A stretch of 64,000 bases of DNA from Scyliorhinus canicula. Taxonomy: Eukaryota. How positions within the stretch are numbered: the first letter of the stretch is position 1; every line of letters begins with the position of its first letter. The translations under genes and the position numbers were made by a program. A model generated the notes under the pieces. The model worked only from the letters and a program-made list of their open reading frames with translations. It ran no database searches and was not told where the DNA came from. Positions 11,108-23,303 of the stretch are shown in pieces. The stretch is from the NCBI RefSeq assembly GCF_902713615.1, contig NC_052149.1, positions 126,359,256-126,423,255 of the forward strand, written 5' to 3'.

Positions 11108-12478
11108 ATTTGTGTGCTCTGTGTATATTTGTGTGCTCTGTGTCTATTTGTGTGATCTATGTATATTTGTGTGTTCTGTGTATATTTGTGTGCTGTGTAT
11201 ATTTGTGTGCTCTGCGTATGTGTGTGTTCTGCGTATATTTGTGTATTCTGTGTATATTGTGTGCTCTGTGTATATTTGTGTGCTCTGTGTATATTTGTGT
11301 GCTCCCTGTGTATATTGTGTGCTCCCTGTGTATTTGTGTTCTCTGTGTATATTTGTGTGTTCTGTGTCTATTTGTGTGATCTATGTATATGTGTGTGCTC
11401 TGTGTATATTTGTGTGCTCTGTGTATGTTTGTGTGCTCCGTGTATATTTGTGTGCTCTGTGTATATTTGTGTGTTCTGTGTATATTTGTGTGCCATGTGT
11501 ATATTTGTGCGTTCTGTGTATATTTGTGTGGTCTGTGCATATTTGTGTGCTCTGTGTATATTTGTGTGCTGTGTATATTTGCGTGCTCTGTGTATATTTG
11601 CGTGCTCTGTGTATATTTGTGTGCTCTGTGTATATTTGTGTGCTCTCTGTATATTTTGTGTGTTTTGTGTATATTTGTGTGCTCTCTGTATATTTGTGTG
11701 CTCTCTGTATATTTTGTGTGTTCTGTGTATATTTGTGTGCTGTGCATATTTGTGTGCTCTGTGTATGTTTGTGTGCTCTGTGTATATTTGTGTGTTCTGT
11801 ATATATTTGTGTGTTCTGCGTCTATGTGTGCGTTCTGCGTATATTTGTGTGTTTTGTGTATATTGTGTGCTCTGTGTATATTTGTGTGCTCCCTGTGTAT
11901 TTGTGTTCTCTGTGTATGTTTGTGTGCTCCGTGTATATTTGTGTGCTCCGTGTGTATTTGTGTGTTCTGTATATATTTGTGTGTTCTGCGTCTATGTGTG
12001 TGTTCTGTGTATATTTGTGTGCTCTGTGTATATTTGTGTGCTCCGTGTGTATTTGTGTGCTCTGCGTATGTATGTGTGCTCTGCGTATATTTGTGTGTTC
12101 TGTGTATATGTGTGTGCTCTGTGTATGTTTGTGTGCTCCTTGTGTATTTGTGTGCTCTATGTATATTTGTGTGCTCCGTGTATATGTGTGTATTCTGTGT
12201 ATATTTGTGTGCTCTGTGTATATTTGTGTGCTCTGTGTATATTTGTGTGCTCTGTGTATGTTTGTGTGCTCCTTGTGTATTTGTGTGCTCTATGTATATT
12301 TGTGTGCTCCGTGTATATGTGTGTATTCTGTGTATATTTGTGTGCTCCGTGTGTATTTGTGTGCTCTGTGTATATTTGTGTGCTCCGTGTATATGTGTGT
12401 ATTCTGTGTATATTTGTGTGCTCCGTGTGTATTTGTGTGCTCCGTGTGTATTTGTGTTCTCTGTATTTATTTATCTTC
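11108..12478 (+). repeat. ~20-bp TG/TA minisatellite (tgtgtgctctgtgtatattt), roughly 65-70 copies, in the J-C intron
   Basis: Seen directly; explains the long C/V-rich spurious ORFs. Confidence 0.95.
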
Positions 12479-12499
12479 CCTGTGTATATTCATGTCTCT

Positions 12500-14290
12500 G
12501 TGTTTATAAATAGGAACAGTAAAGGATCTAAAAGTGAAAGCTGTTGTGCACAGACCCCTGGTATAAGCTCAGAAGTGCTCGATTGTGTAAATGAGGAAAT
12601 TAGACAAGCGTGTAGCAAAGGCAAAGTACTATTAATGGAGGCTTTTAACTTTAACATCGATTGGGGCAGGCAGTCAAGCACCTGTCTGAAAGGTAGTGAA
12701 TATTTCCAGTGTGTCAGGGATAATTTCCTACAGCAATGTGTCCTGGATGTAACAAGGGAACAGACAGCAATATTGGATTTAGTAATGAGTCGGATTTAGT
12801 TAGTCACCTAATTATGAGTGAACATTTATCAAATTGTGATCATGGCATATTCAAGTTCAATGGAATGTTTGAAAGTGAAAAGCCCAAATCAGCAGCAAGA
12901 AGTTTCGATTTAGGTAAGTCCGACTTGAATGAGATGAGACAGAGACTGTCCACAGTAAACTAGGAAATTCTGCTAATGGGTAAAACAACTGAAGAATAGT
13001 GGAATATAGAAGCATTGCTGCCTCACAGAGCCAGGGACCCGGGTTCGATTCCAACCTCGGGTGACTGTCTGTGTGGAGTTTGCATGGGTTTCCTCCGGGT
13101 GCACCTGGTTCCTCCCACAGTCCAAACATGTGCAGGTTAGGTGGATTGGCTTTGCTAAAATGCCCCTAGGTGGGGTTACGATGTAGGGTGGGGGATTGTG
13201 CCTCGTTAGGGTGCTCTTTCAGAGGGTCGGTGCAGATTCAATGGGCCAAATGGCCTCCTTCTGCACTGCAGGGAGCCTATGATTCTATGAAATGGCAAAC
13301 ATGTTGAATAATTACTTTGCTTCAGTATTTCCAGTAGAAAAGGAGGGTAACTTGCTGGAAGTCCCGACAACATTAATAGTGGATCAGGGACAGGGACTAA
13401 ATAGAATTAACGTGCGTAAAACATCGATAATCAGGAAATTAATGGAAATAAAAAGGTGAAAAATCCCCAGGACCCGACGGTTTCCATCCGAGGAAGTAGA
13501 TGAGCACATGGTAGATGTCCTAACTATAATCATTCAGAGTTCCCTAGATTCAGGAGTCATCCCTCTGAATTGGAAAATTGCTCATGTCATTCTGCTTTTT
13601 AAGAAGGAGGATTGAGGAAAACCAAGGATCTACAGACCTGTCAGCCTCACATTTGTGGTGGGAAAATTGTTGGAGTCCATAATCAAGTATAGAGAAACTG
13701 AAAACATCTGATATAATTTGTGAATTTTGAAGAGGTGACTAAGTTATTGGCCAGGGGAATGTGTCAGGATGTTGCTTATATGGACTTCCAGAAGACATTT
13801 GATGAAGTCTCACATAAGAGACTGTTTACTAAGGTAGAACCCCACGGAATTGAGGGAACATTACTGACATGGTTGGGAAATTGGATAAATAGAAGGCATC
13901 AGAAAGTAGGGGCAATGAGTAGGTCTTCAAATTCTGGGTACCATACTTTAGGAAGAACATTTTGGCCTTGGGTTGTGCAGCGTATGGTTATAAGAATGAT
14001 ATCTGGATTTAAGGGGTTAGGTTGTGAGGATTGACTGCACAGATTAGGCCAGTTTTCTTCAGAATTTAGATGGTTAAGGGGTGATCTGATCAAAATCTTC
14101 AAGATGTTGACAGGAAAACACAGGATAGATAAAGATAGACTATTTCCACTGGTTGGAGATTCTAGAACTAGGGGACAGAGTTTAAAGATTAAGTCTGGAC
14201 CATTCAGGAGCGATGTTAGGAAGCACGTCTTCACTCAAAGGATGGTAGAGATTTGAAACTCGCTTCCACAAATGGCAATTGATACGAGAT
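12500..14290 (+). mobile_element. Decayed CR1 (endonuclease to RT), with a V-SINE inserted at about 13000-13290
   Basis: FNFNIDW, DNFLQQCV, ILDLVM, YMDFQKTFD and RFRGDLIK motifs with deletions. Confidence 0.8.
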
Positions 14291-14296
14291 CAGTTG

Positions 14297-15283
14297 TTAA
14301 TCAGCTGTTCGTAGTATATATAAATGATTTGGAGGAAAATGTAACTGGTCTGATTAGTAAGTTTGTGGATGACACAAAGGTTGGTGGAATTGCGGATAGT
14401 GATGAGGACTGTTAGAGGATACAGTAGGATTTAGATTGTCTGGAGACTTGGGCGGCGAGATGGCAGATGGAGTTTAATTCGGACAAATGTGAGGTAATGC
14501 ATTCTTGAAAGTCTAATACAGGTAGGGAATACAGTGAATGGTAGAACCCTCAAGAGTATTGAAAGTCAGAGAGATCTAGGTGTACAGGTCCACAGGTCAC
14601 TGAAAGGGGCAACACAGATGGAGAAGGTAGTCAAGAAGGCATACGGCATGCTTGCCTTCATTGGCCATGGCATTGAGTATAAAAAATGGCAAGTCATGTT
14701 GCAGCTGTATAGAACCTTAGTTAGGCCACATTTGGAGTATAGTGTTCAATTCTGGTCGCCACACTACCAGAAGGATGTGGAGGCTTTAGAGAGGGTGCAG
14801 AAGAGATTTACCAGAATGTTGCCTAGTATGGAGGGCATTAGCTATGAGGAGAAGTTGAATAAACTCGGTTTGTTCTCACTGGAATGACGGAGGTTGAGGG
14901 GCGACCTGATAGAGGTCTACAAAATTATGAGGGGCATAGACTGGGTGGATAGTCAGAGGCTTTTCCTGAGGGTAGAGGGGTCAATTACTAGGGGGCATTG
15001 GTTTAAGGTGCGAGGGGCAAGGTTTAGAGGAGATGTATGAGGCAAGCTTTTTTACACAGAGGGTAGTGGGTGCCTGGAACTCGCTGCCGGAGGAGGTGGT
15101 GGAAGCAGGTACGATAGTGACGTTTACGGGGCATCTTGACAATTACATAGATAGGATGGGAATGGAGGGATAAGGACCCCGGAAGTGTAGAAGATTTTAG
15201 TTTAGACGGGCAGCATGGTCGGCGCAGGCTTGGAGGGCTGAAGGGCCTGTTCCTGTGCTGTACTTTTCTTTGTTCCATTTGAG
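14297..15283 (+). mobile_element. Younger 5'-truncated CR1 (HER1-like) nested in the older CR1
   Basis: ISKFVDDTKVGG, LVRPHLEYSVQFWSPHY, 3'UTR ending gggcctgttcctgtgctgtac. Confidence 0.88.
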
Positions 15284-15574
15284 ATGGATACATATTTGTT
15301 AAGCAGAAAAATTAAGGCATATGGGTCAAAGGCAGGTATATGGAGTTAGGTCAGAGATCAGCCATAATCTCATTGTATGCAGAGCAGGCTAGAGGGGCTG
15401 AATGGCGTACTCCTCTTCCTATGTCCGATATGGGGAGAGGGCGGGAAATGGAGTTGAAGCCCAAGATCAGTCATGATCCTATTGAATGGTGGGTGAAGCA
15501 GGCTCAATGGGCCGAATAGTCTACGCCTGCTCCTATTTCTTGTGGTCTTGTGTTCCAGAACATACCCCTAGTCA

Positions 15575-16310
15575 AGTTGTTCCAGTTTAGCTATAAACTG
15601 GCATCGACCCAACAATGTGGAAAGTTACCCAAGGATGTGCTGTCCACAAGAAGCTGGACAAATCCAATCTGGACAATTACTGCCCCATAAGCCTATTCTC
15701 GTTCATCAGCAAAATGGTGGGTGTTGTTATCGACAGTGCTATCAACACTTACTCAGCAATGACCTGCTCATTGACGCTCAGTTTGCGATCTGCCGGGGTC
15801 ACTCAGCTCCTGACCTCATTACAGCCTTGTTTCAAACATGGACAAAAGTGCTGAACTCCAGCGGTGAGGCCAGAGTAACTGCCCTTTGATATCGAGGCAG
15901 CATTTGACCGGGTTTGGCATTGATGTACCATCAATTGAACGCGAGACGAGTTGCTGAACAAAAGTATGGCTTTAATATACTAGATGTTAAGCCCTGCGAT
16001 CGATTACAGTAGAAGGACGACCGCCGGGAGTACTGGGTATTTATACCCCGCCCTGGAGGCGGGGTTAACTCAGCCTCTCGACCAATCGGGGAGCCGTCAC
16101 ATGACTGGTTTCAACCAACCGGTCGAGAGGCACATGACCGACCAGGGCCAATGGTAAGCCGGTGTTCTGCACCAATGACAGGCAGCTATGCTAATCATAC
16201 CACCACAGGCATCAAGGAGCCTAGCCAAACTGGAGTCAATGGGAATCAGGGGGAAAACTCTCCGTTGGTTGGAGTCATACCCAGCACAAAGGAAGATGGC
16301 TGTTGCTTGG
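15575..16310 (+). mobile_element. CR1/L2-group LINE RT fragment (same family as 31180-33450), split by a solo LTR
   Basis: NYCPISL, HSAPDLITAL, AAFDRVWH|QGA, LESMGIRGKTLRWLESY. Confidence 0.75.
15921..16207 (-). mobile_element. Gypsy-type solo LTR, 287 bp, with 5-bp TSD GGCAT
   Basis: TG...CA ends; GGCAT at 15916-15920 and 16208-16212; removing it restores the host reading frame. Confidence 0.9.
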
Positions 16311-16329
16311 GGTTTCAACTCTCCAATTT

Positions 16330-17345
16330 TTGACCGGGATGCTCCCGCAACCCCCACTAGAAGGCTGATAAGACAGGTCATGCCAGGATGGACCATGTCC
16401 ATTTCACGCCGGCGGGTCTGGCCAGGAACGCGCGGGCACTCGGCCCATCGGGGCCCGGAGAACAGCCAGGGGTGGCGCAGCCAACAGCCCACGACCGGCG
16501 CGGTGTGATCCCCGCCCCCGCCTGAAAACCGGCGGCGGAGAATTCGGCAGCTGGCGACGGACTGGCGGGACGGCATTCACCCCCCCCCCCCCCCCCAGCG
16601 ATTCTCCGACCCGGCGTGGGGTCGGAGAATCCAGCCCAATATTAATGAGCTTGGTGAAGGTGAGGACATCAGGGGCAGGATTCTCCTATCCCGCGGCAGA
16701 GTGTCCACGCTGTCCTAAACACCGTTGCATTTTACGACGGCGTGAACTGGCCTCTCCCACATCTAATTCTGGTACCTAGAAGGGGGCCAGCACGGCGCTG
16801 GAGTCGTTCGCGCTGCTCTAGCTGCAGATACCGGCGCGAACTGGGCGTCACGAGATCCGCGCATGCGCAGTTGCGCCGGTGCCAATGAGGACATGCGCAA
16901 TGGCACGGGCACAAACGTGTGCATGCGCAATGGCCTCCTTCAATGTGTCGGCCCCGACGCAACTTGGCACAGGGCTACAGGAGCCGGCCTATAGGAAAGG
17001 AGGCCCCCAGCCACAGAGGCCGGACCGCCGATCGCAGGCCACATCGGAGGCCCCCTGGGGTCGGACCCCCCTCCCTCACCACAGGCCGCCACCCGACTCT
17101 TACACGCCAAGGTCCCACCAGCCCAGAGCTGTTAGAATGGCGCCGGTGGGACTCGGCTCTTTTCCTACGGCCACTCGGCCCATATGGGCCAAAAAATTGG
17201 TGGGCCGGCCGCGTACAGCGGCCCGCGACCACGCCGCTCCAACCACGCTGGCGCCGATTCTCCGCACTACGGAGAATCGCGTGCCGGCGTCGGGGCGGCG
17301 TGGCGCCGATTCTCCGACCCGGCGCAGGTTCGGAGAATACCGCCC
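16330..17345. mobile_element. Two adjacent Harbinger-type MITEs (about 16330-16637 partial; 16673-17345 with both TIRs)
   Basis: TIRs gggcaggattctcc...ggagaataccgccc; ggagaatccagccc end at about 16637. Confidence 0.75.
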
Positions 17346-18034
17346 ATGGATTTTCCTCCATTTTGGATTGTTCCTCCATTTTGAGTTGGTCAGAACAGAA
17401 CAGACTGTCTGTTATTCAGCTGAATTCCATTTTGGACAAAACAGACAAACCAGACATACCCGAATGACACTGACCCCCTTATCTGCTGTGCACGCTCCCA
17501 GGAATAACTCATGGTCATCTGACATTGGTTCCTGCTCATTAATAATTGCTGTTCCATCTGCCTCCAGAGATAACTCGTGGCTTTCGGACAGAAACTTCAT
17601 TAATTTCTGCCTCAGTCACATTTTTCAGATTGGTCAGTGGATATAACTGAGAGGCAACGGACAGGGGCTTCCCCTCGAGATAACAGAACTTGTAAGGTTT
17701 ACAGGATATGTGTTATCTGATTGACCTTACTGAATAAGGCCTTCATTAAACTAAAATGCAGGCCTGAGACCAGGTGAATGAGGGACAGCCAATTATCACA
17801 GGATTGTCAAACCGGCAAGGCAACTGGAATGTTCTGTTTTGCTATCAGCAGAAAGAGCAAATAGCAGAGGACTGTGGTGCCACAGAACTGAAGCAGAACC
17901 ACAGCTGTTAACATAATGATCTATCTTATAAATGTTACAAAGAAGTAATTACTTTTGACTCTGTATTGCACTTTTACCAGTTATGGTAATTCTAATGACA
18001 CAAGTTTTAGCTTATTGTTATTTTCCAACACTAT

Positions 18035-18641
18035 GGGCGGGATTCTCCGACCCCCCGCCGGGTTGGAGAATCGCCGGGGGTCGCCGTGAATCACGCCCCC
18101 GCCGTCCTCCAAATTCTCCGGCCCCCCAAAAATCGCCCCGGTGTGAATCGCCCCGGCCTCCTCGGAGAATGGTGGGGACCGGCGCGACTCAATGGGCCCC
18201 GGGGCCGCCCGAATTCTCCGGCCCGCGATGGGCCAAAGTCCCGCCTGGTTTTTTTGCCAGTCCCACCGGCGTAAATTGGAGTAGGTCTTTACCGGCGGGA
18301 CCTGGCAGCGCGGGCGGCCTCCGGTGTTCTCGGGGGGGGGGGGGGCGCGGGGGGATCTGGCCCCGGGAGCTGTCCCCACGGTGGTCTGGCCCACAATCGG
18401 GGCCCACTGATCCGCGGGCTGGCCTGTGCCGTGGGGGCACTCTATTCATCCACATCGGCTGTAGCACGATGGCCAATGCGGAGTCGAACCCTCCAGCGCA
18501 TGCGCCAAACTGTGCCGGCTGGCAGAGGCCCTTCGGCACTGGTTGGCATGCTGCCAAGCTCCTTCCCCGACGCCGGAGTGGTTCATGCCATCCGTCCCGC
18601 CGGAGTTGCCCGCCCCGCCGATTACAGCAGAATCCCGACCC
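18035..18641. mobile_element. Harbinger-type MITE
   Basis: gggcgggattctcc...cagaatcccgaccc imperfect TIRs. Confidence 0.75.
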
Positions 18642-19479
18642 AGGTATTAACTAAAACATACGTAGAGAGTGGTGCAGAATATCACATTATAAACTGTGAT
18701 TAATGGCATACATTTGTGCAATAAATTCTTCTGTATAACCTTTATAAATGGTAGTTATGGCTGCACACTTATATTAAGGAAACACTTTGTATCACCTGAA
18801 GTATAATTTGTATTGTAATCTTTTTATACCAAGCATTTTAAAATATTATGAATTAGGAGCTGTGATCCGATTGTCCTGAGTTTGAAAAGCAAAATGATCC
18901 AATGCAGCTTTGAAGACTCGCAGTAAAAAGCTAGTTGAGGGCTCATGGCCAGATGGGCGATAAGAGAGAAACTGAGGGTGGAATTCTCCAGCCTATCAGG
19001 CCAGTTGGCCAGTTTTCCACCCCCCACCCCCGACCCCCCGCCGGCCCGCAGCGGTATCTTCCATTCCGGCTGCTGGCATCAGAGGGAGGGACTTGGCAGA
19101 CATAAATTCTTCCCCTATGGGATGAAGGAATCTTCGGCTAGCAAATGTCTAGACGTGTGACCGATTACGAATTCTTAATGTCACGGGAGATATTCGGACA
19201 TGAAGGTAATAGCGTCACCATGGAAACCTTGAGGGTATTGTATAACCACTACTTGTTAGGGAAAGGCCAGGCTACAGAATAGTGGGAGGAGAAAAAAGCA
19301 GTGCCTAAAATATAATATATATAACCCGTGCTCTTGTGTCTATAAGCTGAGATGGGTTTGGTCTGACTCCTGGAGTGAAGGGTAAGGCAGATGTCTCCTG
19401 GCCACCTTGAAATCTCCAACAAAGTCTATGAACAGAATTTGCTGTGCTGGATCATTGTCTACTTTTTTGCAGCCTATCA

Positions 19480-20830
19480 AATGGAATGACAGTATTGTAG
19501 CTAAATTTGCTGATGATAAAATGATAGGTAGGAAAGCAAGTTGTGAGGAGGATACAGAGTCTGAAAAGGGATATTGATAGGTTCAGTGAGTGGGGAGAAC
19601 ATTTGACAGATGGAGTATAATGTGGGGAAATGTGAGCTTGTCCACTTTGTTAGGGAGAATAGAAAAGCAGAATATTATTGAAATGGAGAGAGACTGCAGA
19701 AAGCTGTGGTACAGAGGGATCTGGGTGTCCTTGTGTATGAATCACAGAAAGTTAACCTGCAGGTACAGCAAGTGATGAGGAAGGTCAATGGAATGTTGTC
19801 CTTTATTACACAGGGGGATGGAGTATAAAAGTAGGGAAGTCTTGCTCCATCTATACAGCACATTGGGGAGACTACACCGTGAGTACTGAGCACAATGTTG
19901 GTCTCCTTACTTAAGGACGGATATTCCGACATTGGAAGCAGTTCAGAGAAGGTTCACTGGGCTGATTCCACTGAGGAATGGAATGTCTGATGAGGAAAGG
20001 TTGAGCTGGTTGGGTCTGTACTCATTGCAGAATGAGAGGTGATCTTATTGAAATATATACGATTCCAAGGGAGCTTGACAGGGTGGATACTGAGAGAATG
20101 TTTCCCCTTGTGGGGAATCTAGAATTAGTGGACACAGTTTAAAAATAAGGGGGGCGATTCTCCGATATGGAGCCCAAGTGTTCGCACCGTCGTGAACCAG
20201 GCCATGGTACGACCGATATTCTGGCCCCCACAGGGGGCTGGCCCCAACTCAACATGGAGTCGGTGTTCAGGGACCGGCACGCCAGAAAGTAGGCCCGGGG
20301 GGGGGGGGAAGAGGCCGGCACGCCGAGTGGTGGGCCCCGATCGAGAGCCAGACCCCATCGGAGGCTCCCCCCATCCCCCCCCCACAGGCCTCTCCCCCCG
20401 ACCATTCCAGGGTTCCCGCCGGCAGCAACCAGGGGTGAACGGCGCCGGCGGGACACTGTCGTATCGGCGAGGCTGCTTGGCCCATCCAGGCCAATTTTAG
20501 CGGCCCGCGGCCGGCGCCGCACCAAACGCACCGGCGGAAATGCCGCCGATTCTCCGCACGTCGGAGAATCACGCACCGGCATCGGGGCGTCGTGGCGCAG
20601 TTGCGGCGATTCTCCGGCCCGGTGCGGGGCTCGGAGAATCGTCCCCCAGGAATCTCCATTAAAGGCGGAGATGAGGAGGAATTTCATCTCTTAGAGCGTC
20701 GTTAGTTTTTGGAATTCTCTTTCCCAGAGAGCAGTGCATGCTGGGATGTTGACTATATTAAAGGCTGAATTAGACAGATTTTTGACTGATGAGGGGGTCA
20801 AGGGTTATGGCTACTGACAGGAAAGTGGAG
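19480..20830 (+). mobile_element. Decayed CR1 3' region interrupted by a MITE at 20150-20647
   Basis: AKFADD and LQVQQV motifs and CR1 3' region; MITE TIRs ggggcgattctcc...ggagaatcgtcccc. Confidence 0.8.
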
Positions 20831-20853
20831 TTCAGGCCATTTTTAAAGTTCCT

Positions 20854-21451
20854 GGGCATGACTCTCCTGTCACTGACCTTAAATCATGTTCGCCGATCAG
20901 CCAGAGAATCAACGTTCACGCTGAAATCGGGGACGGTGCCGCTTTCGCGATGCTCCGCCCTCTCCAAAGCAGTGTACTGCCATATGGACGGCTTCAGGAT
21001 GTTGCCTGACGCCTTCTCCCCAGTGCTCCGCCCCCGACCGGCCGAGTTCCGGACAGCGTGGGTCTCTCATGCTATTATTTGTCAGGAACTCACCGTGGTG
21101 GCTACGGACTGAGTCCAGCACCGCCACAGTCGGGGCTCCTTCACCGGGGGGGGAGCCTCCGATGGGGTCTGATCCCCTGACTGGGGGGGTCTTTGGAAGG
21201 GGCTAGGAGAACAGTTGGGGGTCGTGAGCCAGCTAAAGAAGGGGCCCCCGCCATGCTCATGCGCGGCTGTGGACCCGGCAATTCTCCGGCTGTATCGATA
21301 GCTAGAGCCAGGTGCTCTATGCTACCTGCCTGCTAGCCCCCCACCATATGGAGGATCGGTGGCCATTTTGCGCTGAATTTCCGGTCGTAAAATGCCACCG
21401 ATCCCACGCCGGTGTCAGGGTATAGCCTGAAAATCGGACAATCCAGCCCCC
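20854..21451. mobile_element. Older Harbinger-type MITE
   Basis: Degenerate TIRs gggcatgactctcc...ggacaatccagccc. Confidence 0.6.
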
Positions 21452-21469
21452 ATTATGGGACGTATGGCT

Positions 21470-21655
21470 CTAAAGTGGGAATCTGCCAGCCTGACCTTGT
21501 CCGGCCTACAAGTGACTCCAGATCCTCAGTAATGTGTTGATTCTGAAATGCCCTCTGGAATGGCCGAGTAAGACACTCAGTTCAAGGGCAATTAGGGATG
21601 GGCAATAAATGCTGGCCCAGCCAGAGATCACACATCACATCGAACAATAAAAATA
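21470..21655 (+). mobile_element. 3' half of a SacSINE1-like SINE
   Basis: gtgactccaga...cactcagttcaagggcaattagggatgggcaataaatgctggcc tail. Confidence 0.65.
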
Positions 21656-22263
21656 TCTCCAGGGATTTTCAGGAATATTGGATCAGGAATAAATATCAGA
21701 CTGAACGCGACCCAAAGAGAAAGTAACTGAGAGTCTCCCCAAAAGCCTGGAACACTGAAGCCACTGGATTGTGAGCCCTGCTGGACCTGTTTGTCATCAG
21801 AACTTTGCTAAGAGATAAGCAGGGAGTGGAGAGAGCAGAGTTAAAGCTGGGGGAAGTGGGACCTCGGTGTCTCACTGGGCTGCTGCTGCTGCTGTGATCA
21901 GTTATATCAGAGAGTGTGACAGGGAGCCAGAGCTCACATCAAACTCTGCCCGTGTCTGTCACACGCAGACTGACAGGAGTCTAGTGAGTGATTTCACTCC
22001 ATGGTCCAGGAATGTGAACACAGTCTGCAAACGTCCAGATCTCCTCCACACGGTGGGTAAAAGCTGCTTACTTATATCTTGCTGCTTAAAGGGGGGAATG
22101 GAACTAAAGAAATACAGCTGGGCACCCTGTTCTACACAGTGTTCTTCAATGAACCATTTCATTCACTGCAGCTCCCCACTAACACCTTCAACTATTCAGC
22201 ATTTGTATTTGAGAAAGTTTCAGTATTGAAAGGGTTAATAACGGAGGATTGGGGTTTACTTAC

Positions 22264-22298
22264 TCAGTCTGAGCTTGGTTCCTTTACTGAACGTGAAC
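22264..22298 (-). CDS. IGKJ: Ig kappa-type J segment, FTFSKGTKLRL(S)
   Basis: g ttc acg ttc agt aaa gga acc aag ctc aga ctg a|GTAAGT; abuts the 23-RSS; phase-1 donor matches the C exon acceptor. Confidence 0.94.
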
Positions 22299-22337
22299 CA
22301 CACTGACAGCTTCCAGTGCAGGGGCTGTACAAAAACC
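22299..22337 (+). other. J recombination signal, 23-RSS
   Basis: Plus strand reads CACACTG (22299-22305, one mismatch to CACAGTG), 23-bp spacer, ACAAAAACC (22329-22337). It faces the V RSS, so joining would delete 412 bp (22299-22710). Confidence 0.95.
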
Positions 22338-22682
22338 TCTGCTCTCTGCTTCACTCACTCACTCTCACCCTCTCTCTGTCTCTCACTCACTCATGTCTTT
22401 CTCTCTCACGCTTTCTCACTCTCTGTTTCTCTCAATTTCTCTGTTTTGTTGGGAGAGTTGAGAATTCTAATTTTAGGTGATAATTTTTTCAACTGCAGAT
22501 CATACGTGGACACGGAGAGTAAGATGGAAACTTGAGGCCTTCAGTGAGCTGTGGACACCACAGGGACTGGAGTGGGTAGTGGACGGTGAGAATCATTTGT
22601 TCAGTTTCCTTTCTTCTGTTTATTATATATTGTATAAAACTGTGGGATGTGTAAGTACAGCAGGTGGTGCTGTGTGAATTGG

Positions 22683-22710
22683 GGTTTTTGTAAGGCTCTG
22701 TATCACTGTG
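22683..22710 (-). other. V recombination signal, 12-RSS
   Basis: Minus strand reads CACAGTG (22710-22704), 12-bp spacer ATACAGAGCCTT, ACAAAAACC (22691-22683). Perfect consensus; 12-spacer on V is the kappa configuration. Confidence 0.97.
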
Positions 22711-23009
22711 ATGGGGGAAACTCTGATGTTGCATACAGTAATAATCAGCGACATCCTCATTCTGCACATTGCTGATTGTCAGGGTGAATCGAGTTCCAGA
22801 TCCACTACCGGTGAATCGGTCGGATACTCCTGTGAACCGGATTGATGCCTCGTAGATCAGCAGAGCGGGTTTCTGACCTTCTCGCTGTTGGTACCACTCA
22901 ATATTATTATCAATGCCTTGACTGGCCGTACAGGTGATGGTTGCGGTCTGGCCCAGGCTCAATGACAACACCGGGGGAGACTGGGTCATGATGATGTCTC
23001 CACTGATAC
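22711..23009 (-). CDS. IGKV: Ig kappa-type V exon, unrearranged and open: (G)[26 protein letters not shown]...[15 protein letters not shown]...[33 protein letters not shown]
   Basis: AG acceptor at 23010-23011; both conserved Cys, WYQQ and DxADYYC present; 96-aa mature V with no stop; ends directly at an RSS heptamer. Confidence 0.96.
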
Positions 23010-23195
23010 CTAAGGGGTAATAGAGAAACAGAGTGAAGTAAGAACTGTCACAGAAAGAGCCTGTACAATGAGATATTGTTGGAGACACTGACTGTTCCTC
23101 TGCTTTCAGCATTTTCCCTTCAATCACAAGTCAGTAGAATTGGATTGAAATGGAGAGCAGGAAAATATTCAAGGTGGAAGGAGAGAGATTTGTAC

Positions 23196-23244
23196 CTGCG
23201 ATGCAGAATGCCAGAGGCCAGATCAGCTGGATGGCTGAAATCAT
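23196..23244 (-). CDS. IGKV: Ig kappa-type light chain leader exon (L-part1), MISAIQLIWPLAFCIA(G)
   Basis: ATG at 23244, 16 hydrophobic codons plus 1 nt, then a GT donor (gcag|gtac) at 23195. A 186-bp intron leads to the V exon in matching phase. Confidence 0.93.
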
Positions 23245-23303
23245 GGTGTCTGCTCCTGTCCCTGTGCCTGGTTACTGATAAACTCTCCCTTCACTGGGCT
23301 CTG

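Noticed and set aside
10557-12799. Long Cys/Val-rich ORFs (650, 546 and 376 aa)
   Set aside because: Translations of a TG/TA minisatellite that lacks stop codons; open in several frames at once.
21662-21671. kB-like GGGATTTTCA 600 bp 3' of J
   Set aside because: Misses the terminal C and has no supporting motif cluster; weaker than the 17664 site.
22489-23127. 212-aa ORF as a single-exon gene
   Set aside because: It spans intron, V exon and read-through past the RSS; the true start is the spliced leader at 23244.
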